NCBI GenBank assembly: GCA_030167865.1 | Contig: JALAGF010005416.1 | Location: 1-43,736, forward strand | Origin: Craspedostauros australis | Lineage: Eukaryota | DNA length: 43,736 nucleotides | Direction of reading: 5' to 3' | In this document: positions 11,583 through 22,029 of the stretch, one piece after another | Layout of the letters: each line of letters begins with the position of its first letter | Numbering within the stretch: position 1 is the stretch's first letter | Notes under the pieces: model-generated | Told to the model about the DNA's origin: nothing | The model's database searches: none | Seen by the model: the letters and a program-made list of their open reading frames with translations, nothing else | Made by a program: the position numbers and the translations under genes

Positions 11583-12779
11583 ACGATCGGCCGCGTCGTA
11601 ATCCACTCCAACACAACACAACACGTGTGCACATGCACATGCACAAACGAGGTGACAGCACCCCCAGCAGCCGCTGGTGTTCCAAGCACCATCCCGCGAG
11701 CTTTCGCCATTCGGGACGAACGCAGGATCGGTGCATGAGCGACGCATCAGCATTTCACTGTGGCTACGAGCAACAGGGGGGCAATCAGCAGGAGGATCTG
11801 CCTTTGGCTCTCCAAGATCGGCAACGAAGTCTGCACCATGTGCGGCTTCAGATCGGTCACCAAGCGACAAGGTGCCTGTCGCGCCCCTCCGCGATCGGTT
11901 TCAACACAGCGGCGCCAACATTGGCGCTGAGGTCCAAGAAGCCAAGCAGGCAATCGATATGCATGGACGAGCTATCATAGCTTGGCCTAGAGGTTCTTCT
12001 CCATTGGGTCTGCTCCGGGCAACTCCGAGAACACCGCACCAGCGAGATGGAGAAGGCAAGCGCTTCAAGAGGCGGTTTGATCAAAGTAACTCTCCAGAAC
12101 GACCACTTCGGGTACATTCGTAGAGACCGGCAAGAGTGCGCGTTCGCATAGACCGCGCCACTCCGACAAGCATGCAGACCTTAACATTCTCAGAACATCT
12201 TTCAGAACATTCTATCAATACCACGTACACTAGTCCGCTCTACTCCATTCCGACACTGTAAGCGCATGTCAACTATCCCATCGCACGATCGCAATTAAAC
12301 GAAGCCAATTGCACAACATCTGAACTTGTTAGCGCGCTGCCACCACCTTTTGCGGCGTAAATCGCCCGTTGCTGATCAAGCGGTACCGTCTCACGTGCTT
12401 ACCGTGCATAGTGAGTCCCATGCAAATCGTGACCCAGCCTCTTTCATTTGGTCAGAGTTGTCGGCTGGGCTTGATTCGCCTCATCGAATCCGGTTTGGCG
12501 AATCTTTCACGCGGTCACAAGAGACCGATGGCGATGGTGCCACGAACGTTTGCGAGGTCATCGTGCCTCCATGAGATGACAGCAACGGAGTGACGAACAT
12601 ACAGGAACACCTGAACATCGGAGCGTTGTGGGAGGAGGCAGTTTGAACTCGATTGTCCAAGCCTCGCACACTCTGCTCTGTGCTACGGCTACTCTTTCTT
12701 CATCAAGTCTGTCGGCACCAGTTGCTTCCTTCTCCGAGCAACCAACGATTGCCTTCATACTGGTGGAGCAAGCATCCAC

Positions 12780-12831
12780 CGAACATCGATCGAACATCGA
12801 TCGAACATCGATCGAACATCGATCGAACATC
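12780..12831. repeat. 11-bp tandem repeat (CGAACATCGAT) x about 4.7, upstream of the first PAP2 gene
   Basis: Perfect units start at 12780, 12791, 12802 and 12813, with a partial unit at 12824. Confidence 0.95.
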
Positions 12832-12876
12832 AAGTGAGCCGATTCAGCCTCTCTGCATCCAACTGAGGCAGTCGCC

Positions 12877-14424
12877 ATGTCGCACGTCGTGTCGAGGAAG
12901 AAGCATCTGGCTGCTGCAGGCGTCCAGCGAGCCGATGCAGGCAGCGACGATGATCACAGCAGCAGCCACCACCGTCGCCAGCGATCGCAGCTTGGTGCGT
13001 CGGTCCCAGCCAACGTGGATGCCCATGCAGCGACAACAGCAGCAGCAGCAGCAGCACCAGCAGGCGGCACCAACAAAGTGAACTACCGCAGCTTCGTCGG
13101 CCATCATGGTGCTGAGCATCTTCACGAAGGCGCCACTGCAGCTCCCAAGCAGAACCGCCACGTGCCCGGATTGCATTACCGCAAGCTCGATTCCAACCAG
13201 GATCTCGAATCCTCCCTCGCGGAATCCTACATGCACGATGCCGACGATGAGGCATACGATGACAACTCCGTCAGCGATTTTGGACACACGGATGTGGACG
13301 GCGAGAACAAGGACGTGCGCGCCACCGACAACAATGGACACAACACCACCGCCACCAACAACACCAACTGGGACAACGCCGGCGACGATGATGATGACTC
13401 GTCTTCCTTGATGGTCCGCATGCTCAGCGATACTTCGTCGCACAACGCCAATGCGAATGCGATGGTCGGGCGCAGGATCATGGCGACGGGCAACACCGTC
13501 TGGTTTCGGCTGCGGCGCAACGTGTCGTCACTGCGCATGGACGATGCGTGGGAGCTGCTCTTCGCCGTGGCGGTCTTCATGGCGTGCGAGCTCTTGACGC
13601 GCACCATCCAGGCAAACTTTCATTGGCAACGGCCCATTCCGTACCAGAAATTGTCCAACGGGGACGTGGTGCTGGATCCTCAGCTGTCGTACCCCAAGCT
13701 GCCCAACACGGTGACGCCGAAGCAGCTGACCCAGATCGCCGTGATCTTCCCCATCCTCACGGTGCTGTGCGTGGGTTTTGGCTTTGGCCCCATCCACGAT
13801 GCCAAGGCGGGGCTGTGCGCCATCCTTGTGGGACACGGCCTCACCTTCTTCGTCTCGCACACGCTCAAATTCTACGTCGGTCGCTTCCGCCCCAACTTCT
13901 ACGACATGTGCAAATTCAACAAGGAGACGTTGCAGTGCGATGCACCCGCATCGACGATACGCAGCGCCAGCCATTCCTTCCCCAGCGGTCACTCAGCCGA
14001 GAGCTTCTGCGGTCTCGTCATTGTCAGTCTCTACTTCATGGGAAAGATCGGTCTGTACTCCAGCTTCCACCAGCACAGCAAGTCGCATCGATCGCGACAT
14101 CGACAACGGCAGCAGCAACAACAACCGGTTGCATCATCCGTCACGTTGCACGGTCACAGATGGCAACGACACATGTTCCATCTGCGCCAACGCTTCTTCA
14201 TGATCCTCGCTTTCGTGCCCATCATCGTCGCCATGCTGATCGCGGGCAGCCGCATCCACGACTTTTGGCATCATCCGGCCGATGTCCTGGCCGGGTCCTT
14301 GATCGGCGGCGTCTGCGGATGGTTCGCGTACTCCCTGTGGTATCCTCCCGTGTGGGACACGCGTTTTCCGGGCATTCCGTACCAGACCATCGAGGAGCAG
14401 CAGCATCCGCATCGTGCTGTATGA
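12877..14424 (+). CDS. PAP2-family lipid phosphate phosphatase (DPP1/PLPP-like), paralogue 1, with a long disordered N-terminus
   Basis: Catalytic motifs C1 KFYVGRFRP, C2 SFPSGH, C3 SRIHDFWHHPADVLAG; multiple hydrophobic helices; GC3-rich codons; no intron evident. Confidence 0.95.
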   Translation: MSHVVSRKKHLAAAGVQRADAGSDDDHSSSHHRRQRSQLGASVPANVDAHAATTAAAAAAPAGGTNKVNYRSFVGHHGAEHLHEGATAAPKQNRHVPGLHYRKLDSNQDLESSLAESYMHDADDEAYDDNSVSDFGHTDVDGENKDVRATDNNGHNTTATNNTNWDNAGDDDDDSSSLMVRMLSDTSSHNANANAMVGRRIMATGNTVWFRLRRNVSSLRMDDAWELLFAVAVFMACELLTRTIQANFHWQRPIPYQKLSNGDVVLDPQLSYPKLPNTVTPKQLTQIAVIFPILTVLCVGFGFGPIHDAKAGLCAILVGHGLTFFVSHTLKFYVGRFRPNFYDMCKFNKETLQCDAPASTIRSASHSFPSGHSAESFCGLVIVSLYFMGKIGLYSSFHQHSKSHRSRHRQRQQQQQPVASSVTLHGHRWQRHMFHLRQRFFMILAFVPIIVAMLIAGSRIHDFWHHPADVLAGSLIGGVCGWFAYSLWYPPVWDTRFPGIPYQTIEEQQHPHRAV

Positions 14425-15027
14425 AGCCTGTCACATATATACAGCAATACAATCAAAGGCAATCCCACAGCACCGCCACAAGGAATCATGCTTGTCGACA
14501 CGAGGACTCGTCGGGTATCGTGAATGCAGAGTAATGGATCTCCCCGCGAGTAGAAAGCGAGCGTATTGGCGCTGCAGAAGTGTAGAGATTGGTTGTCCAA
14601 ACACCAGCAATGGAATTCGTATTTTTTCGTTTTTGGTGCAGCCGTAGTACTGAGTTAGCCCCTCACAAAAGTCAAGGCCTGGCTATGACTCATACGACCA
14701 ATCCACATCGGAATCCTTCGCGAGCGGTCTGAAATCGTGTCAGTTTTCCCGCTTGTTCTTTTTGGAGTGTTTTCGGTCGTTGGTTGCGGAAGGACAGAAG
14801 TGAAAAGACTGAAAAGGCCCTGGGCAGGATGGGACATCGCTCTTGATTGGTGCATGCCGCGCAAAGCCACGACAGTTGGCACAACCACTCATCAACAGCA
14901 TCGCAGCTCGCCAACAACACTGTCTTCCCATAAATTCTTCTTCGCACTCGAGCAACAGCAACGACGACAGCAACGACAACAAGCAGAGCATCAACAACGA
15001 CACTCCACAATAACACAGAATAGCACA

Positions 15028-16020
15028 ATGTCTGCCGCCCCAGTCGAAACCACCAACCTCTCCGGATCTGCGGATCAGCCGGAGCAACCCGCCTCCGAAG
15101 ACTACACCACCATGAGAGACCCGGAGACGGGATCCTCAAGCAACGACAATGCCCAAAACACAACAGCCGAGCAATCCACGGAGCAGGAAGCGACGATGGA
15201 GGAGATGGATTCAGGCGCATGGAAGAAGAAGGCTTGCATCGCTCTCGTCCTCATCGGCTTCGTGGTCTTCGTCATTGTGGATTCTCTCACGAACGGCTAC
15301 ATCCGCGATGGTCTGGAGTCCTTCCTGGAATGGATCGAGGATAACCCCGCTGGCGGATTCTTCGTCTTCATGGTCGTCTACATGTTCGCCACCGTCTTGT
15401 TCGTTCCGGGATCCATCCTCACGCTGGGTGCTGGCTTCGTCTTCGCCAACGCCTTCGGGCTGGGCGTCGGGGTCCTGGTCGGCAGTCTGGCCGTCTTCGT
15501 CGGCGCCAGCGTCGGTGCCATCGCCGCCTTCGTCCTGGGCCGTTACCTCCTGCGCGACTGGGTCAGCAACACCCTCACCAGCAAGTACACGCTGTTCCAG
15601 GCCCTGGATTCGGCGCTGGCCGAGAAGGGACTGCGCATCATGTGCCTTCTGCGACTGTCGCCCATCATCCCGTTCAACGCCATCAATTACATCGCGGGCG
15701 TCACAGCCATCAGCTTCTGGTCGTACGTCTGGGCCATGTTCGCCATCCTGCCCGGCACCATCCTCTACGTCTTCCTGGGCGCCTCTGCGGGGTCGCTGGC
15801 GGATTCGGCCAGCAGCGGCAGCGATTCGACCGTCACCATCATCGTCGTCATTGTCGGCGTCGTCTTCGGCATTGGTGCCATCGCCGTGACGTCGTACTAC
15901 GCGAAGGCGGAGCTCAACAAGGTCGTCGCTGAGAAGGAGCAGCAAATGGAGGTGGAAGGCCAGCAGCAGCAACAGTTCGAAGAAGGTGGCGGAAGCACGG
16001 CGCTGTCGCCGACCGTGTAG
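15028..16020 (+). CDS. TVP38/TMEM64-family membrane protein (SNARE-associated Golgi / VTT / DedA domain)
   Basis: ATVLFVPGSILTLGAGFVF, GAIAAFVLGRYLLR, LLRLSPIIPFNAINY, LPGTILYVFLG. Probable start is acaATG at 15028; the ORF track starts earlier at a non-ATG codon. Confidence 0.93.
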   Translation: MSAAPVETTNLSGSADQPEQPASEDYTTMRDPETGSSSNDNAQNTTAEQSTEQEATMEEMDSGAWKKKACIALVLIGFVVFVIVDSLTNGYIRDGLESFLEWIEDNPAGGFFVFMVVYMFATVLFVPGSILTLGAGFVFANAFGLGVGVLVGSLAVFVGASVGAIAAFVLGRYLLRDWVSNTLTSKYTLFQALDSALAEKGLRIMCLLRLSPIIPFNAINYIAGVTAISFWSYVWAMFAILPGTILYVFLGASAGSLADSASSGSDSTVTIIVVIVGVVFGIGAIAVTSYYAKAELNKVVAEKEQQMEVEGQQQQQFEEGGGSTALSPTV

Positions 16021-17225
16021 AGAAAATACAAAAGGCGTGATAAAATGAATGAACGAATGAGTGAACGAAGGGATGAATGTAAATGAAAGAGGGAACGCAA
16101 CAGCAACATTCCAACACTCGTTATGCTCAACAAACTCACTGTACCATACTCTAGAAAGATCAATGATCACAAAGATACTGTTCTCTCCTGATCGAACAGT
16201 CGCAGCGACACTGGAGACTGCATGGAGAGATTTGATGGAGATCTTGCGCAAGAAGAAAGCCACAAGAGGTTGAATCTCCTTGAGATGATTTCGGCGGGAA
16301 CAATTGCATCTTGTCTTTCATCATTCGTTGGCATACCCACAGAATCGCATCATCCGTCGAATCGAATCGAATCCAAGTCAGGGGACAAGATGCTTCCACA
16401 TCTACAGATTCGCGCTTTTTGCATTCGATGATGTGAAAATGAATGTTGGTGGGTTTGCGGTGAATTCACATTTACCGTATTTCACACAGATAGCAAACAT
16501 CGCCGATGCATGAAACTTCCACGTGGAAGTGTGATGAAACAAGAGTCGAAAAGATACCTTCTTCTTCTGTCGAAACTGTTCATTCCAAATGTCGATGGTG
16601 TCAGGAAACAAATCAGAACCATGACACAAGGTGGAGGAGCATCGATTGTCGTCCCTCTCTCTGAAGCATGAATTGATAACTCCCCATCTTCCCTTCTCTC
16701 CATCTCTCCATCAACTACGCCTCAGAACTTTCGATAGCACGGAAAACCACCGCCCCGCCCAACTTGCCGATGTTCTTGGAACGGCTCCATCTCAGTGAAT
16801 TCATGTACGAATGAAGGCAAACACGAGCGATGATATGTTTCTGCATCGCATCGCATCGTATCGCAAGTGTGTTTGAGCATCTCCGATGGTTCTCATCGTT
16901 CATTCACGCTGCATGATGGAGTTTCTGCACGACCAATGGTACCTACTAATGCATGGAATACCATTCGCATAGGGACAGCCCTCACGTCACATGAAACGCT
17001 CCATTCGACCATCGTGCGCCGTTGTCCAGTTCCTGATTTCACCAGTACCGGGGAGAGTGTCACGTTTGCATTCGCTTCAGGTATGTTCAATCTACTTCAC
17101 TCGTGTTCCAACAACCTGAGATGGAGCACAGTTTGTTGAAGTCGGACGTCCCATCACAAACAGGAGGAACCGAGAAGAAACATACTGGGGCGGCTGCTTT
17201 GATACACCTCGTCTCTTTCCAAAAA

Positions 17226-17314
17226 GAGTGTGTGAATGTGTGAATGTGTGAGTGAGTGAGTGAGCGAGTGAGTGAGTGAGTGAGTGAGAGTGAGCGAGTG
17301 AGCGAGTGAGTGTG
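17226..17314. repeat. (GAGT)n/(GT)n compound microsatellite
   Basis: Directly visible. Confidence 0.9.
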
Positions 17315-19728
17315 GTATGAAGAGAGCACGAGTGCGAGTTGGTCTGGGTCGTGCGAGCATCGGGATGGCGCTGCCGTCTTCGGATTGATGTCGATGACGA
17401 TCATCGCGACACCTGGTGGATGGTGACCAACACCAGATGCGAGATGATGTCGTGATGCACGTTGCGGTGAAGGCCGAGGAGTCGCGAGCGCCACCAACAC
17501 TTGTGCGGACACAAAAGCTCCCGCTGGAACCAACATGTCACTCACACATTTTGCACCGCTTTGTGCGCTGACGTCACATAGCTCCGCTTCGTTTCACAAA
17601 CACAACCCAAAAACGAGTGGAGCGGTTTTCCGAGAATCGGTTCTGTTGTCGTTTTGGACATTTTTCCGTTCTTCCTGTCGTGCGAAAATAGCGTTGTGTC
17701 GGCGTACGAGTTCGCACACAAAGTGTGCGTGTCTGCGTGACGTCACAGAGCCAGCAACAAATGCTCAACGGTGCCACGGACTGTGAAATGGAACAGAATA
17801 ACGATCCGATGTGGCACGATCGCTGGAGCAAATTAGGACCAAGCGGGGCGCGATAGATTCACGAAAGGTGTGCGAATGTGTTGGAAGATTCCGCAGCCGG
17901 ATCTCCGCGCAACCACAAGGTTCTTCTTGTGCAGAAAACAAAGAGCACAATTGCACATGCAAACACGCACACAAACACGGACAACCACCAAAGTGCGCAG
18001 CTGATCCAAGTAACATGCCTGTAATCGCATCCCACGCATCTTCAACGGCTCATAAAATGAAAGATCAAGCAAGTGCACTTGCATCTGTAAGTCGAGGCGC
18101 GACGAAAGAGCAGGCCCATCTTGCCTGGATCATGTTGCGCTGTGTTGCATTGTGCATGTCGAGGGTTGGGCCGGAGGGAAGATGATGATGATGGTGACGA
18201 TGATGACACCTGCCAACCACGACGACGTTGACGTTGACGGCGGCAACTTCACGACCAAAGAGGCGAGAGAATATAATGGAGCAGAAAGTTGTGAGGTTTG
18301 TTGCTGCACTTGCGACACAGGAAACATGGGACGCGGAGAAGGAGACGATGACGGAGGATGGCCCCAATGATACCTTGCAGGGTGCAGAATGCGCAAAAGA
18401 CGCTGGCAATGCAGGACGACAATGACCGCGACTCAGAACCCCGTGGGTCGTCCATGCGCGCCGGTCTTCGTATTTGCTCCATTCTCGCTAGTCCTCACAT
18501 TCAAATCGATCCGGCCTTTCTCTCTTCCCTTCCCTCCTTTCCTCCTCCCACATGACTTTGCTTGTCATCGGGACTTGCATGTATGACCCCATTCAGGATA
18601 CGATAGTATAAAAATGCGGATTTTTAATATTTTTATTTAAATCATTCTATTATGTTGTAGATAGTATATGGGTTAAGTTACAAGCTTCTGGGCCTTGTAT
18701 TTAAAAAGTTTATATTTTTCGCATTAGTCTACAACTAAACACGTGAGGCATGCGAACGTAAAGGGGCAACTTGGATTCGAAATTCTCAGTCGTGCTTCGA
18801 CCAATGTCCAGTCGTGTCCTTCATCGACACACTCACATTTCGCGTGGGTGAGGCGGGTTGTTGCGAAACAATGTCGAGGATTGGGCAGTGGCAGTAGGCA
18901 TGCTGAAGTTGCTGCTTTATCTGGGCCGTGGATCAGTTGTCGAGATCCAGAGTTGTGGGTTGGTGTGTAATCCAAAGCCTGACCCCCACCAAGACTGCCG
19001 CACTGCCTTGTTCTCGGTTCTGCCACCGTTCATGGCCCAACAGGTTGAGCTTCGTCCATGTCCCATTCAGCACACATTGCCTTCCCTCCATATACCCACT
19101 CAATTGTACAGCCTCGTCCTTGCTTCAGGTCTATTCCCTGCCTGTGTGCTTGGACCTCCTCTCTGCTGGTCGTCGCGAACAGTCATTGTTGGCTTCTGGC
19201 TGTTGTTCATCTGCTCTCCTCTCAACTTCTTGTTTCAGTGCCAGTGAACCTGCAAGCACTCACATCACAACACCAGAAACAACAAGTAAAACCACTGCTG
19301 CCACCAGTCTCTTTCCACACCATGCCAACGGCTCAGTAGATGGCCATGGCGTCCCATGTCCATGAGAGCAAAGCAGGTTCAGCAGGACTTTGTATTTACA
19401 AACAAACCTAAGTGTTCAATAACATATGTTTTACATACCAAAGGATAAGTCACTGTGCTTCATTGTACTATTTATATAACCCATGGATTAAGCCTATTAG
19501 TATGTGCCCAGCCTGCGCCGTAGACTTTTTTACGCCGCCCGCTTTTATCTAGTGTAGGGCACGAGGCAGAACGGCTATCAAGTCAATATGTATGCACACG
19601 CAGGGGATCACGACGGCCTCCACCTATCCTGCTCTCCACTATTCGTGGCTCTCCGGTAATATAGAAGGTGTATGTATTTGTGTACTCACACAGGGAAATC
19701 TAGGGACAGCTTCGTTCACGATGGCCAG

Positions 19729-22025
19729 CTACCGCCATCGGCGGAGCCAAGTTCGGACTTCAACGGGAACTTGATTGCCTGGTATCTGCAGCACTCGGTG
19801 CACTTGTCCGAACCATATTGTGACCATTTCCATATCTGTGGCTCCATTGCCTGACAGCTGTAGTCGGGCCCACATAGCCGTGCTTGCCCCTCGTAGTTGC
19901 GCTGCGTCTTGCAGGGTCGAGCTGTAGTCTCGCAACACCTGCCTCATGTGAGCCTCTGGCCCCTCATCAGTGCGATGCATCGCCTGATTGCGTTGGTGCC
20001 AATGCTCCCATGCCACCTTCCAGAGCTTGCGCACGATCTGTGCCGCCCACCTTGCTGTGGACAGCCTGCGACCAATTTGCGCGTAGTACTGCTCCTGTAA
20101 CTTGGTCCATGACCCCACGATCACGCCCGTGACCAGCCAATCCCATCCCGCCTCCTGTTGATCGTCCATCAGCTTTGCCTCAGCCCAGTTCGCGCATATG
20201 CATCCAACAGGTCCCAGCCCTCTCAACACTTGCTTGACATTGCTCAACCGTACTTTCGCAATGGCAGGATGAGTCTGCATCTTTTACATCGTGATCCTCA
20301 GCCGTTTCCGCTGCACTTTCCAAAACGCCATCGATTCCAGTGAGCAGCAGACCCAACGGTGGCCATGAGTTTCCATCTTGCCGCACCTGGGGCAGCTGTC
20401 ACTTGCCCTTGCCTTCTACCAAACCATCTGCATTCCCACAGCCACCTCCTGTATTGTGAGCTCCATGGTGAGCACCCTCTGTGCATTGGTGAGCTTGCCC
20501 GCCACCCGTCGTTGCACGCTTTTGTTGGCATCACCACCGATCACCTTCATGCCTCGCTCCCACCTGACCCTCGCCATGTCCGCCTCCACCACATTTCTGA
20601 CAACCCTGGCATATGTGATGCTCGACCTGCGAATGCCTTGTCTTGCAATGTGCCACAATCATGTCCCTGTGTTCTGGTGAGAGCCCTGCGCATCGCCCTC
20701 TTCGAGCATTTGTCATTGCTGTACTGCAATCTGGTCTGTAATGACATTCATATGTTCCCACACATCAAGTTTGTCAGGCTTCTTGTGCTCGTCCTGATAC
20801 CCACGCACGTGTCATCCCACAAGCGTTGTACTCAGCTGGCTTCGGCCCCTCATGGCAGCCACCATCATGTCATGACCAGGACTCGCCAGATCCAGTTCAT
20901 GTACCCACTCCAGCACCTTCAGGGCTTACAGGTTGTCACAGCTTTAGCGCCCCCGTCCGTCTTGTATTCCAAACCTCTCCTCCATTTCCCAAACCTTCAT
21001 TGGCGCACCGTAGATTCCCGCCAACTCCGCTTGCTGGGANGATGTCAGGCCCTCCCTCCGCGGAGCCTCAAAGGTTCTAAACACTGTCACCTCCAGAGTC
21101 TCATTAGTGGTCATCGCCCATGCCAACATTCCCTTGCCATTTCTGGTAGACCTGTCACTTCTGCCCACTGCTGTCTCTTCTTGTATACTCTGGGCCATAT
21201 CTCTCCAGTCGACCTTGCATCTGATGTGTTTCGCAGCCCACGACTTGGCCTTGCCAAGACCTTCCCAGACATTCTCCATCCCCTGGGTATCTGCCACCAC
21301 GGTATCATCCCATTCGCCAACTGCCAGCATCAGTATGCCATCTCCTTGCTTGTAGCTATCCAAAGGGACCTTTCTCCATTTCCCACCACTCCTGGCACTT
21401 GCCAAAGCAGCTTCCTTCTTGACTTCATTGGAACCTCCCTCCATTCCATCCATCCATTGCCATGGACCTGAAGCCTCCCAGTTTGCTCATTCTACCTCAT
21501 GGAGGTCGCACTGCCTGCCTTGCTCCACTTGCCCAGCTGTAAACGATCCTGAAGCACGCTATTCCGACCCAGCATCTCCTTGAGCTTGGACCTCCATGTT
21601 TCCCAATATGCTTGCTTGAGCTGCCCAACTCTAGGCATGTTCACTTCACTGGCTTCCACCATCGCTCCATCATCTTCAAGGACCGCCTTCAGAATGCCTG
21701 TTCCGTCTGCCATAACGATCTCATACATCCAGAACAACTTCATTGACCTTTGACAAAGATTCACTTGTCGCATTTCCTCCGTGTTGCACAACTCCGCAAT
21801 GGCTTCCATTATCGGGCAATCACCCTGCCTCCTCGGTTGTATCAGATCCTCCACCATTCACACTTCCACGTGTGCTGCAGATGCTTATTTGGCCACACTT
21901 GCCCACCACGACTGTGGAACCACCATTGACCACTTGCTTCCTACCGCCTGGAAGATTCGCATCATACCTGCACTTGTCGCCACGGCCTGGTAGGATGCTC
22001 GCAGGAGCCTCCACCATGCATCGCT
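19729..22025 (-). pseudogene. LINE ORF2 C-terminal half (post-RT linker, RNase H, CCHC zinc knuckle, Trp-rich terminal domain)
   Basis: Motifs as listed for the LINE; multiple stops and frameshifts. Confidence 0.85.
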
Positions 22026-22029
22026 TCAT

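Noticed and set aside
12780..12831. Regular repeat as a CRISPR-like array
   Set aside because: The units are contiguous 11-mers without spacers, in a eukaryotic context with no cas genes.
15211..16263. Long antisense or alternative-frame ORFs over genes (also 13548-14534, 20359-21471, 25712-26482, 31907-32986, 33957-34733)
   Set aside because: These are shadows of GC3-rich or formerly coding frames, with no recognisable domains.
17569..17745. Paired TGACGTCA (CRE/bZIP-like) sites
   Set aside because: The 8-mer occurs at several scattered places in the window (e.g. 4371, 5712, 24737, 35962) and no downstream gene can be tied to these two.
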